A stretch of DNA of 44,588 nt from a virus (Duplodnaviria > Caudoviricetes). The notes under the pieces are model-generated. The model was not told where the DNA came from. It searched no databases and saw only the letters and a list, made by a program, of their open reading frames with translations. Below are positions 34,165 through 43,545 of the stretch, one piece after another (position 1 is the first letter of the stretch; the number at the start of each line of letters is the position of its first letter). The stretch lies in IMG/VR virus record IMGVR_UViG_3300042355_000725, positions 1 to 44,588 of that record; one strand, given 5' to 3'. Made by a program: the position numbers and the translations under genes.

Positions 34165-34718
34165 AGCGTTTCCATCCTCCGCAATCGACCAAAGACCGCG
34201 CCGCGAGTGATGCCCGCGTAGACATCGACGCCAGTCCCGCCTTGGTTTGCGGCTCCGTACACGTCTGAGACGACGCCTCTCGGCTTGGCATCGACGGAAA
34301 CCAATCGCAGATACCCAATGAAGCCCTTGGCGTTGGGTTCCTGAACCTTCAGCGCCGTGTTGGTTGATACGGTGATGGAGGGGTTCCAGTCCACTGCCTT
34401 GATGATCTTGTCGAGATGCGCGTTGATGCCTTTGACTTGATCCAAAAAGAGAGTCCGTCTCAAATCGCGTGGGACGCTGCGAGACCGCAAGAACGCCGCA
34501 ACTCGGCATCCGAACTCCATGTCTCTGGTAGTTCCTGACGTTTGATGCACGGGCCCAAGGTTGAGCGATGCAGGAGTGACCGTAACGTACAGATCGCCAG
34601 CCCATTGAGGAACAAAGTCGTCGTCGGACTCGATCGAGCATTGCTGATCGGTCAGTCCCATGGCGGTCTGCACCGCATCGAGAACGGTTTCGAGAAGGTA
34701 GGGTTCAGCGTTAAGCAC
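34161..34718 (-). CDS. Putative tail terminator/neck protein
   Basis: Size and position between the gpG-like gene and the tube gene. Confidence 0.55.
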   Translation of the reverse strand: MLNAEPYLLETVLDAVQTAMGLTDQQCSIESDDDFVPQWAGDLYVTVTPASLNLGPVHQTSGTTRDMEFGCRVAAFLRSRSVPRDLRRTLFLDQVKGINAHLDKIIKAVDWNPSITVSTNTALKVQEPNAKGFIGYLRLVSVDAKPRGVVSDVYGAANQGGTGVDVYAGITRGAVFGRLRRMETL

Positions 34719-35538
34719 TGGCCCCCCCTTGGATCATTCGAGAGAGTCCAATTTCCAATGCGTTGCTTAATGCGTTGCTCCAGCGCCCCCACCAAAGATC
34801 GGGGACTTTGGCTGGCAAATAGGGTCTGGCCGGGATCCTGCGTTTTGAATCGCCGTATTGGTGCGTTGCCGCGTACTTGACGTTCGTTCCGACGATCACG
34901 CCGTTTGCGAGTGCCGCAAAGATTTGGTTGTCGCCTCCGTCCCCTGTCGGCTTGCGATAGGAAACCCCATAGCCACCTAGTTCGCCGGGAGAGAGGGAGT
35001 TGAGGAGGACGCCCGTGTCTCGGAGAATTTCATGCGGTCGGTTGCCGAAGACTTGGAGTTTGGTTTTTCCACCTTCGGCCTTGATGCGATTCCACGCCAT
35101 GCCAGCCGCAATCGACTTGGCGGTTTCTGGATCGTACTTGGTGATGAGCCATGCGAGGTTGCGACGAAAGTAAAGTCGCCATTGCCGCAACTGTGCCGCC
35201 GATAGCAATCCCGTTCCGACGGGTGCGTACTTGTGACCTCTGCCGAGCCCGTGAGCCCGCTTGAGCCGTGTCTGCTCCCCTGGCCCAAATCGCCGCGAGT
35301 AGGCTAGCGTCTTGGGGGATAGCGGTGGCCACTTCACGCCGTCTTCGCCGGTTCCGCCTCGGGCCTTACGAACGAAGTCCGCATGGATGTCGGATAGCGC
35401 CGCAAACCCAAGAGACAGGAAAACACCCTTGGCAACGCCGGTGGAATCGATAGCCTTGCCGGTGAGCGACAACCGGACTTGGTTAATCACTTCCCGCGCT
35501 TGATCGCGCGTGCCTCGAAAATAAACTCTAGTAGTCAA
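34711..35538 (-). CDS. Mu gpG-like virion morphogenesis (tail completion) protein
   Basis: WPPLSPKT, LRDTGVLLNSL, VGTNVKYAATHQYG, IPARPYLP. Confidence 0.85.
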   Translation of the reverse strand: MTTRVYFRGTRDQAREVINQVRLSLTGKAIDSTGVAKGVFLSLGFAALSDIHADFVRKARGGTGEDGVKWPPLSPKTLAYSRRFGPGEQTRLKRAHGLGRGHKYAPVGTGLLSAAQLRQWRLYFRRNLAWLITKYDPETAKSIAAGMAWNRIKAEGGKTKLQVFGNRPHEILRDTGVLLNSLSPGELGGYGVSYRKPTGDGGDNQIFAALANGVIVGTNVKYAATHQYGDSKRRIPARPYLPAKVPDLWWGRWSNALSNALEIGLSRMIQGGASA

Positions 35539-36019
35539 ACTGGGTCAACTCCGAGTCTTGAGGCCGCTGCTTGGGCATGTTGGTCGAATTGATCGCGACC
35601 CGTTGTTGGCGTCGAACGTATCGCCGATCGATGTGCATGTTCGAGAACATCGGGACGTTGAGTCCCTTGAGCGGGACGCCGGGGATACGCATTTCGTCTC
35701 GCATGATGAGCGGGAGTTTTTCCGCAATCCGCTGATACTCTGCGACGAGAGACTCAGGTACCGGGTTCCCTCGACGTTCGCACAAGTAGACGGTGGCCAT
35801 GACAACGCACCATTGACGGAGCATTCTGGAGGTTTTTACCCCAGCCTCGTCATACCGCCTCAGAACGTACAGATTGATCTCGTCCGTTGCCTGCGCGATA
35901 CAGTCGTCTACGGTAGCCTCGGACCCTCGCAGATCGTGAGACGCGAACGCCGCAACACCCGTAGCTCCGAAGAAGTTCTCTACGTCTTCGGCTGTGCAGT
36001 AAGTCCAGGTAATTGCCAC
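35528..36019 (-). CDS. Mu gp36/DUF1320-like head-tail adaptor
   Basis: YCTAEDV...IAQATDEINLYVLRRY...LRQWCVVMATVYL..RR; GTG start. Confidence 0.78.
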   Translation of the reverse strand: MAITWTYCTAEDVENFFGATGVAAFASHDLRGSEATVDDCIAQATDEINLYVLRRYDEAGVKTSRMLRQWCVVMATVYLCERRGNPVPESLVAEYQRIAEKLPLIMRDEMRIPGVPLKGLNVPMFSNMHIDRRYVRRQQRVAINSTNMPKQRPQDSELTQFDY

Positions 36020-36036
36020 GTCCACCCCGCATGATG

Positions 36037-37188
36037 CTAGAACACGCAAGTGCCGATGGCCAAGTTCGAAGGAACTTGATGGACCATCAGCGCGTTGTCG
36101 AGAACAAACAGTTCGGTCGAGGTTGGGTTCGCGATCTCCCGCGACCAAGCATTCAAGCCGAACTTCTCGCTCTTGGGACCGCCATCGTATTCGGCGATCG
36201 GTTCGCCACCGATGTAGCACTCGATGTCCGATCCGTTCGACACTGCGTCGGACGCAATGAAGAACGCCGTGTTGTCGGGGACGTGTGGCGTCCAGGTTTC
36301 GGAGCCGGGCTCGCCGATCTCCAAGCCTTCATCGTTGATGCACCACTCGACCCAAGGCATGAACGAGAGTCTCGCCTTAAAGTTCTGAATGGGTCGTCCG
36401 TCAGGCCCGGATCCGCTATCCTTGCTGATGATCTCGTAAGGAGTGTTCGCCGTACCGTGTGCCTCTTGCACTGCGTCGTTCTTGATGACCAGAGACCAAA
36501 TCGACGACTTGGTGACGATCTTCGACAGCCCCGAGCCTGTGAGGCGCTGGAAGGCTGCATGAATCGCGTAGAGGTTGGATGGGATGTCCGCCGACGCGGT
36601 GGTGGCCCACGATGTCGAGAGAATGTTCCCGCCTCCCGTCATGTTCAACTGGCTCTTGTTGCCAGCCGGAACGCGCGTTGGGAGTTGCCCCGCCGCACCA
36701 GACGAACTGTAGGTCCAGTACCAAGAATCGCCCACGATCTTGTAGTATAAGGAGTCTCGCATCAGCCCGACGAGCATTGCTGTTCGCCAGTTGGCTGCGA
36801 GTTGTGCGAGGTATCCGGTCTGCATGGCAATCATCTTCGCCCCGGCTTTGTCGCGCGTGGCTGGATCGTCGATGCGACCGATGTTGTTGACTTGCTCGGC
36901 TAGGAGCGGAATCGAACTGTGCATTCGCGGATACTCGAAGGGGATGCGGGAGGCGATCTGCATCTGCATTCGACCCGCTGCCGTACCAGGAGCGCGACCT
37001 TGCGCCGTCTTCAACGTGTTGTTGAAAACGTGGTAGGCTCCGAGGCGACCATGCCCCATGTTGGTTTCGTTGTTTCCGCCGGGTTGCAATCCAAACTCCT
37101 TGAGTAGAGAGCCAGTGGCCTCGACTCGCTCGCTGATAACCTTGGTAAGTACCTGCGGCTTGAATACGTCCTGGAATAAATTTGGCAT
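36037..37188 (-). CDS. Major capsid protein (HK97 fold, lambda gpE-like)
   Basis: 383 aa after protease and decoration genes; QGRAPG, W...ADIPSNL and C-terminal ELFVLDNALMV patterns. Confidence 0.8.
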   Translation of the reverse strand: MPNLFQDVFKPQVLTKVISERVEATGSLLKEFGLQPGGNNETNMGHGRLGAYHVFNNTLKTAQGRAPGTAAGRMQMQIASRIPFEYPRMHSSIPLLAEQVNNIGRIDDPATRDKAGAKMIAMQTGYLAQLAANWRTAMLVGLMRDSLYYKIVGDSWYWTYSSSGAAGQLPTRVPAGNKSQLNMTGGGNILSTSWATTASADIPSNLYAIHAAFQRLTGSGLSKIVTKSSIWSLVIKNDAVQEAHGTANTPYEIISKDSGSGPDGRPIQNFKARLSFMPWVEWCINDEGLEIGEPGSETWTPHVPDNTAFFIASDAVSNGSDIECYIGGEPIAEYDGGPKSEKFGLNAWSREIANPTSTELFVLDNALMVHQVPSNLAIGTCVF

Positions 37189-37244
37189 CTCTTCAAATCC
37201 TCAGTGCCACCCTCGGAATTGAAATTGGTTTGTTTGCGAGCCGC

Positions 37245-37691
37245 TTAGGCTGCAATCTCGTCGTCAAACAGGAAGCACTTGCCAACGGCCTTGAGTGCCG
37301 TTCGCGCTGCGGCTTCGTTGGTGTGGCCGACAAAGGCTGCACCCTTGATAAGCAGTTGGCTAGCTCGAACGTCACCGCTCATCAGCACTCGCACGGGTTG
37401 GTCTTGGTCCTCACCGTTCTCGTTGACGACTCGCGTATCATCGAGCAGGATCCCGACAATCGTTTGCGAGCCATCGGATGCCCCAGCGTCATACTGGACC
37501 AGCTTCTTGCTGGCGGTGATCTGTCCGAGCACCATCCCAGCGCGAAGAGTCGTTGTCGGTGTATTGACCGCATCGCGAGCCGCTCCGCTCAGGATCCGCG
37601 TCACAATGGTTGCGCGAACGCGACCATCCGACACGAACAGAATGGGACGGGTTGCGAGTGCGTCTGCTCTGGTTCCTACGCCTAATGGCAT
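37245..37691 (-). CDS. Head decoration protein (lambda gpD-like)
   Basis: LRAGMVLGQITASKKLVQYDAGASDGSQTIVGIL. Confidence 0.85.
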   Translation of the reverse strand: MPLGVGTRADALATRPILFVSDGRVRATIVTRILSGAARDAVNTPTTTLRAGMVLGQITASKKLVQYDAGASDGSQTIVGILLDDTRVVNENGEDQDQPVRVLMSGDVRASQLLIKGAAFVGHTNEAAARTALKAVGKCFLFDDEIAA

Positions 37692-37734
37692 GATTTCGTT
37701 CCTCTGGTGCCACCCTTAGAAACGATGACTGGGG

Positions 37735-38898
37735 TTAGTTGGTTTTCTTGCCGTTGATGAGTCCGACCCAATACTTTTCCTTGGCTTCGGCGTCTTCGGA
37801 GTTTGGTGGTTCGGCCACCGACATACGAGCGAGTTTGGACCCGCCTCCCTTGCGGAAGGTGGCTGTCTTGAACGTGCCCTCGGGGATCACTTCGCGCGAT
37901 CGCATGAACTTTTCGGTTTCCCCTTCTCGGGGCTTGTTGTAGGCATCGAGGGAAAGCCGCTGGGCTGCGATGCGAGCGCTGTAGCGTGCGAACTCTTCGT
38001 CCATGATGCGACCGCTATCTCGAAGGGACTCCAGTCGCCCAAGTAGATCGCGATGGTAGGCTGTCTCGGCAAACGCTCTTGCCGATCGGACTTGGGCCGA
38101 CATGGTTTGAATCTCGGGAGAAGTCACCATGGGAGACCCTGCACCGCTACCCGCTGCGCCCTGGCCTCCGTTGCCCATGACTTGTTTGATGTTATCGACG
38201 ATGTTGGATGCGTCGGTTCCCTCGGGAAGTGCAATGCCGCACTCTTGGAGCGCGTCCACAATCAAGGCAACAACATCGCTTCCTTGATCGTTCCCGCCGT
38301 CAGACGGTGGAGCCATGTCCATGCCTGCGTCTTGGCCTGCTGCCATGTCCATACGCTTAATCCTCGGTGTGTAGTAGTTAGGGGAAACGCCCATGCGGAT
38401 GACGCATCCCATGGTGATCGGCTCGGCGGGTACAAACGGCCCTTGGCTGTGATCGACCGGGTAATCAACGAGGTCTACCGAGGTAATCACGTCCGCGTAG
38501 GTGTGCCCGTGCCCGTCGCGAAATTCAGGGAATATCACAGGGCTGACGAAGATGGAGTTGTGCTCCACCTTCTCGATGGCGCTTGGCGTCAGAACCTCCA
38601 CCGTGATCTCTGCGGATTGCCCGTCGGGAGTCACTTGGAAGTCCACCATCCGGCCTTCGGTGTTGTGCGCTCCGCGCGTATCGCGTTTGGAGAGGCTGTC
38701 CATGGTGATCGGACTGAGCATCTCCAAGTCGTCGAGTTCTGCGTGGTTGAAGTGCATCGGAACGACATAGCCCGCGTCGGACAGTCGCCGAAACTCTTGC
38801 TCCCAGTGCTTCAATCGATCAGGAGTGACAGTGACGCTTCCGTCACCGCTTTGGTACTCGTTGACCGATAGAACCGCTTTGCGAAACACCTTGCCCAT
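37735..38898 (-). CDS. Mu gpI-like prohead protease/scaffold
   Basis: VPMHFNH, FVSPVI, ITSVDLVDYP, then a low-complexity and helical scaffold C-terminus. Confidence 0.78.
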   Translation of the reverse strand: MGKVFRKAVLSVNEYQSGDGSVTVTPDRLKHWEQEFRRLSDAGYVVPMHFNHAELDDLEMLSPITMDSLSKRDTRGAHNTEGRMVDFQVTPDGQSAEITVEVLTPSAIEKVEHNSIFVSPVIFPEFRDGHGHTYADVITSVDLVDYPVDHSQGPFVPAEPITMGCVIRMGVSPNYYTPRIKRMDMAAGQDAGMDMAPPSDGGNDQGSDVVALIVDALQECGIALPEGTDASNIVDNIKQVMGNGGQGAAGSGAGSPMVTSPEIQTMSAQVRSARAFAETAYHRDLLGRLESLRDSGRIMDEEFARYSARIAAQRLSLDAYNKPREGETEKFMRSREVIPEGTFKTATFRKGGGSKLARMSVAEPPNSEDAEAKEKYWVGLINGKKTN

Positions 38899-38972
38899 GA
38901 GTGCAGGCTAGAGTGGTGCTTCGCCGTCTCAAAACCGCTAGTTTCGCTGCTTACGCTACTTGCGAAACTTTC

Positions 38973-39218
38973 TCAATCTTCTCTCAGATATTCCGGTTCG
39001 CCGTTAGCAACGATCTCTTCGCGAATGCGATCGACGACGCTTTGGCGGACGCGCCTTCGACCGCCGGGCAGACGGCAATACGCTAATCGCCCTGTCTCGG
39101 CCCATTGAGCCACCGCCGTTCTCGTCACTCCAAGCTGCTGCCCTACCTCCGAGAATGACAACAGTGGATCCTCGGAGTGAGTCTTCAACGCTCGAATCTT
39201 GCGTTCTTTGTCTGTCAT
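38973..39218 (-). CDS. MerR/Xis-type HTH protein (candidate late regulator)
   Basis: LLSFSEVGQQLGVTRTAVAQWAETGRL...LPGGRRRV; ATGA-coupled to terL. Confidence 0.8.
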   Translation of the reverse strand: MTDKERKIRALKTHSEDPLLSFSEVGQQLGVTRTAVAQWAETGRLAYCRLPGGRRRVRQSVVDRIREEIVANGEPEYLRED

Positions 39219-40675
39219 GATCCGTGCCTCCCAACAATGACGCCGCCCCATTGCGCGGCCTGCAATTCCTTCGAAACGAAACAAGCGTAAGACGTACCGT
39301 CAATTTGATCTGCAACTTCATCTGGCCTCCCCTGCCATGCCGAGTGTTCGCCAATGTAGGTTCGCACCCAAAGGTCCATTGAGTCGGGGACTCGGACCAA
39401 GCCATCCTCGACCCGAGAAATTGCCCCGGCTGCGACCGCGCGTTCAAGTTTCGCCCCTCGATGGCTCTCTGCCATGCCAGGAAGTTTGGGGCCGATGAGC
39501 CGTGTCTTTCGGCCTTTGATCTCTTTCGCCAGTGCGGGCCCGAAGTGTGCGTTCTCGATGTAGGCGATCGGCACGTCCATCGACTCCATGTGGTCGTTGA
39601 ACCGGGACTTTAGGTCTGGCCATTCAACTTGGATCCGGCATATCGACCGAAGGAAAAGAGTGTGCCGAGGCCGATAGTAGTCCCACACTTCGCAGACGCT
39701 CCAAGACGCGGGCTTGCCTCGATCTTGGTCCGCGCGATCGCGGGATGTCCCCGCCGTGTCGATCACCGCAAACCGACGTAGCTGGTGCTTTGCTGCCTCG
39801 CAGACTTCGCCGTGGTGGAGCCATTGAAGACCGCCATCAGGCAGGACCGTGTAAGTCTTGAACCACTCCCGATCGAAGACGCCCGCTGCTTGGAAGAGCC
39901 AGTTGCCACCAAGGAGCGATTCCCGCTCGGCTCTCGGAAGTGCTCGCAATCGGTTGGCGTAATCGGGATCCCGCTCTAGCAACGCGGGGTTGTCGGCCAA
40001 GGTAGCCGGGATGAACGTGAACGATAAAGGTTTTCCTTCGTAGCCCGACAACTCTTCCCGCGTATCGGCCCACACTAGCTGATCGTCACCGCCTCGGACC
40101 ATCCAACGAATCTTGCCCGCGCGTTCCGGGATCGGAGTGCCCGCCATGGGATCGATCCACCATTCGAGCATCTTCGCGACCCAGGAGCCCGGCTCCGGGT
40201 TGCACGTCGCGCGGACGTAGGGTTCGATGCTCCCGGTCGATCGGGCTCGGGATACCAGATACCAAAATTGACCCTCCGAAAAGTGAGTCAGTTCATCCCA
40301 GCCAATGAGGGCGATCGCGGTCCCTTGCCAGTTGAGTTTATCCGCCTCGTTCTCCATGTGACTGAACATGATTCGGCAACCGCTCGGGAACACCGCGTCC
40401 ATGCTGGCCTGTCGCATCCGACCGCCGAACATGGGGTACAGTTCGCACGCCTTGTCCCAAAGACCCTGCGCGGCCGTGATCTGCTTGTACGTTCTCCTGA
40501 ACAACACCGGGGACCATTCACGTTCGTCGATCCCCCTGAGTGCGTCGAGCAGAAGCGCGTAGGTCTTGCCCCCGCCCGCCGCACCGCCGTAAATCGCAAT
40601 ATCCGCGTTGGTACGCAATATCGACTCTTGCGGGCCTTCCTGGGGACCAATCTCGATAATCGCTTGCTCGGTCAC
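39215..40675 (-). CDS. terL: Terminase large subunit
   Basis: YGGAAGGGKT (Walker A), IGWDELTHF (Walker B), RATCNP, nuclease residues VIDTA and DQIDG. Confidence 0.95.
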   Translation of the reverse strand: MTEQAIIEIGPQEGPQESILRTNADIAIYGGAAGGGKTYALLLDALRGIDEREWSPVLFRRTYKQITAAQGLWDKACELYPMFGGRMRQASMDAVFPSGCRIMFSHMENEADKLNWQGTAIALIGWDELTHFSEGQFWYLVSRARSTGSIEPYVRATCNPEPGSWVAKMLEWWIDPMAGTPIPERAGKIRWMVRGGDDQLVWADTREELSGYEGKPLSFTFIPATLADNPALLERDPDYANRLRALPRAERESLLGGNWLFQAAGVFDREWFKTYTVLPDGGLQWLHHGEVCEAAKHQLRRFAVIDTAGTSRDRADQDRGKPASWSVCEVWDYYRPRHTLFLRSICRIQVEWPDLKSRFNDHMESMDVPIAYIENAHFGPALAKEIKGRKTRLIGPKLPGMAESHRGAKLERAVAAGAISRVEDGLVRVPDSMDLWVRTYIGEHSAWQGRPDEVADQIDGTSYACFVSKELQAAQWGGVIVGRHGS

Positions 40676-41502
40676 GCAATCGCCTGATTAACTGGTGTCG
40701 CAAAATCGATAACGCCTGCCGCTAGATGCCACACCGCGTTGGGAGATGTGTCGTACCGTCTCAGATCCCAATAGAATCGACCGGCTGCGATGGTCGATAG
40801 ACCGCGTGCCTTCATGGTCAGTCGGACTTGGCGAACGGGATCGGTGCCGTTGACGAGTCCGACGATCGACCCGTCTCCGGCTACGATGCTCCCGCCCGTT
40901 GGAGTCACCAAGCCGGAAGACGAATCGACCTGTACCGCAATCGTGTTCTGTGCTCCCGCCACCGTCGGCTTTGCAGTCCACACCAAACGCCCCGTGGCGT
41001 TCTTGGCGCTCGGGTGAATGGTAATGACGATCTCGTTGTCGGTTTTCAAATACTGATTGAAGTCCGCCACATAAAAAGGCCCAAGGGACTGGCGTTCTTC
41101 GCGCGTCACTACCGGCGTGATCGCTTGAACGGATCCCGATGTCGATGTGCTGATCTGGAACCGGCCAACTAATTCGCTGATTATGGCCTGCGATACCGTG
41201 GTGCTTAAGCTTTGGAGCGTGTCCCTTGTGTAACGAGCGTGCTCGATGGGAATGACCTGGACGTTCGCCGTGCTGGACTCGGGAAAGAAGTCCGCTGTCG
41301 TTCCGTTGTTCTCCGATTGCTGGACGTCGAAGAGGTAGTATCCATCTTCGAGTTCGACCGGGTTTGTGTCGTTGAGAGCGGTTCGGGCACCACCGTTCAC
41401 CGACACCTTGCATGTGATGTTGTCTGCGTCACCGAGCACCGGCTGCGAGGTGTTGCGGTTGAATGCGTAGACCTTGAGTGTAGCGTTGGTGTTTTTGTAC
41501 AT
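40672..41502 (-). CDS. Putative virion structural protein (two beta domains)
   Basis: VELEDGYY N-domain; C-terminal GRFYWDLRR...LAAG resembles BppU-like proteins. Confidence 0.55.
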   Translation of the reverse strand: MYKNTNATLKVYAFNRNTSQPVLGDADNITCKVSVNGGARTALNDTNPVELEDGYYLFDVQQSENNGTTADFFPESSTANVQVIPIEHARYTRDTLQSLSTTVSQAIISELVGRFQISTSTSGSVQAITPVVTREERQSLGPFYVADFNQYLKTDNEIVITIHPSAKNATGRLVWTAKPTVAGAQNTIAVQVDSSSGLVTPTGGSIVAGDGSIVGLVNGTDPVRQVRLTMKARGLSTIAAGRFYWDLRRYDTSPNAVWHLAAGVIDFATPVNQAIA

Positions 41503-42279
41503 CTATTCGATCCCTGTACCGATGACCAAGGGGAGGTAAAGCGAGTTTCTAGGCGGTGGCGTCGAAGCTGCACTCACAGAGGCCGTTGTGGCTAGGGTTC
41601 GCGCTAGATTTGCCGCCATCCCTGCCGTTACCGTCGCCGTGGACACTCTCGATACCGACGCCAATGTTTTGACGACTGAACCCGTCATCCCTGCCGCTAT
41701 CGTGGCCGTAGCCGACATCGTGGCTGCACCGAATGCTTTGGTAACTCGCCCCACTGGATCGGTTGCTACCGTGGCCGTGGCCGATGTAGTGACGGCTCCG
41801 AGCGTCTTGGATAGAGTTGCCGTGTTGTCGCCGACAACCGTCGCTTCGCCCTGGATGAACAATCCATCGAGTGAGATTACCACACTCGCTTGAGATCCGA
41901 GCGTCGATGCCCCTGTCGCTGTTGCTGCATCGAGCGTTCGCGTAACCGATCCATACTGCGACTCTGCCACAGTAGCGGTGCCGGAAAACGTAGCGCTGGC
42001 CAAAGTCGATTGAAGGGTCGATGGCGCACCCCATGTCGCTGTGCCTGAGGCGGTTAAATCATCAAGAACGTAGCCTTCCGGTGTACCCAATAGTTTTACT
42101 GGATAAGTCTCTTTCAGCTTCGCTATATACCCTGGAACCGTAGCCGTTGCATTACACGTCGTCGCTGCAAGGGTTTTGCTCGAAGAACCACTTAGACCGA
42201 GCGTTGCCGTGCTGGAACACGTCGCTGCCCCTAGCGTGATCGATAGCGTTGCTTCGGGATCAATAATGGGCCCAGGCAC
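41503..42279 (-). CDS. Thr/Ala/Ser-rich repeat (fibre-like) virion protein
   Basis: About nine ~22-aa repeats of the type SxTLxAxTxxATATV. Confidence 0.65.
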   Translation of the reverse strand: MPGPIIDPEATLSITLGAATCSSTATLGLSGSSSKTLAATTCNATATVPGYIAKLKETYPVKLLGTPEGYVLDDLTASGTATWGAPSTLQSTLASATFSGTATVAESQYGSVTRTLDAATATGASTLGSQASVVISLDGLFIQGEATVVGDNTATLSKTLGAVTTSATATVATDPVGRVTKAFGAATMSATATIAAGMTGSVVKTLASVSRVSTATVTAGMAANLARTLATTASVSAASTPPPRNSLYLPLVIGTGIE

Positions 42280-42683
42280 TATGCGTTACCGTCAGTGAGG
42301 GTAAACGTGTTGACGGTAAAACTCTGGCCGGAAGTGACAGAGGCGTTTGGTGATATTTCCATATCACCACCGCTACCTGTGGCGCTGCACGTTCCTTGAA
42401 TGTGACACGTCGCCCCGGCCTTTATGCGAAAGTGTCCAGCGGTGCCGGTGGCGTCGGCACTGAGATCCTGCCACGTCCCGCTCAACGACTTTGCTCCCGA
42501 GGATGCTGCGCCCATCCAGTCTGATGGCAGGGTTAGAGTCGCGACGACCGTGCCAGTGTCCGCTGAACTGCAATTCGCCGGTGGGGAGCCTGTTCGAATC
42601 TCCAGCGTTGGAGCCGTACCGATCGATGTTTCGATCTGGTCTAGTCTCGCGTTGCGCACGGTGGTTGAGAGTTGGATTGCCAT
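42279..42683 (-). CDS. Conserved phage structural protein
   Basis: MAIQLSTTVRNARLD...ADATGTAGHFRI...; SD AGGAG. Confidence 0.7.
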   Translation of the reverse strand: MAIQLSTTVRNARLDQIETSIGTAPTLEIRTGSPPANCSSADTGTVVATLTLPSDWMGAASSGAKSLSGTWQDLSADATGTAGHFRIKAGATCHIQGTCSATGSGGDMEISPNASVTSGQSFTVNTFTLTDGNA

Positions 42684-42694
42684 GATTGTTGCTC

Positions 42695-43057
42695 CTATTG
42701 GGGTTTACGTTTCCTCCCGTTATCGGGGAGGTACAAAATGACTTGTGGCTTCGACAGGGAATCGCTTTCGATTTGTAGTTCTCGACCGAATCCTCTTGTC
42801 TTACCTTTGCGCTCCAAGTACCACATCGTGGCCTTGAGGTTTCCGGCTTGGAGGGCTGCGCTAATGTTGGCCTCGGCTAGATCAAGCGATTGTTCGGTTG
42901 TCTCTTTGAACACCGCATCGAGCCAAGCGTGCTTTTTTCGGTGCTCCCAAATCGTTTGGCGACTCAGGCAGAGCTTCGCGGCCACCAATGCGACCACACC
43001 GGCAGCATTTCGCACCGCCTCGATCCATTCGTCTTGCGTGATTCTAGGCTTCGGCAT
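42695..43057 (-). CDS. terS: Terminase small subunit
   Basis: N-terminal HTH, GNLKATMWYLERKG..RGF, C-terminal YLPDNGR. Confidence 0.78.
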   Translation of the reverse strand: MPKPRITQDEWIEAVRNAAGVVALVAAKLCLSRQTIWEHRKKHAWLDAVFKETTEQSLDLAEANISAALQAGNLKATMWYLERKGKTRGFGRELQIESDSLSKPQVILYLPDNGRKRKPQ

Positions 43058-43205
43058 TCTCTTGTTCGGCGTCGTCCTTCAATGCTTGGATCTTCGCTGC
43101 CAACGGCAACAGCACACTTGCGGCTTGTAGGCCACCTTGCTTGACTGCGAGGTCAAGGCAAGCCATCAGTTGCTGCTGTTCTTCTTTGGTGATTTCGAGG
43201 TTCAT
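43044..43205 (-). CDS. Small protein (53 aa, below the ORF-track cut-off)
   Basis: MNLEITKEEQQQLMACLDLAVKQGGLQAASVLLPLAAKIQALK...; SD GGAG; fills the gap exactly. Confidence 0.7.
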   Translation of the reverse strand: MNLEITKEEQQQLMACLDLAVKQGGLQAASVLLPLAAKIQALKDDAEQENAEA

Positions 43206-43207
43206 GA

Positions 43208-43534
43208 TTACTCCGGTAAAACGTCAGGAATCTGCAACTGGGCTACGAGTGCCGCTTGTTGCTCTGGGGTAAGGGAATCAAACATTTGCAACGCCGACTT
43301 CTTCTTGAAATCGACGAGTTGTTTGTAATACGAATCGCAAGCCGACCGCATCACCGACTCAAGATAGCTTTGCGAAGTGAACAGTTCCTTCAGCGGTTTC
43401 TGCTCCGAGACTGGAAGACTCGCATTGCTTGCGGTGATCTGTTCGTTCTCGGTGACAATAGGCTTGTTCGCTTCGAGCGTCGCGAAGTCTACGCCCCATC
43501 GTTGTTCTTGAGTAAGTTGGGAAATGTCTATCAT
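43208..43534 (-). CDS. Hypothetical protein downstream of the tail fibre (possible fibre chaperone)
   Basis: SD AGGA; position. Confidence 0.65.
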   Translation of the reverse strand: MIDISQLTQEQRWGVDFATLEANKPIVTENEQITASNASLPVSEQKPLKELFTSQSYLESVMRSACDSYYKQLVDFKKKSALQMFDSLTPEQQAALVAQLQIPDVLPE

Positions 43535-43545
43535 GGTATGGGTTC

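Noticed and set aside
33778-36220. Long N-terminal extensions of ORFs 33778..34641 and 35528..36220
   Set aside because: Arg-rich alternative-frame sequence overlapping real genes; coupled or SD-supported starts exist at 34164 and 36019.
30369-38871. Long plus-strand ORFs (30369..31268, 36013..36750, 38053..38871)
   Set aside because: Antisense shadows of GC-rich structural genes with no recognisable motifs.
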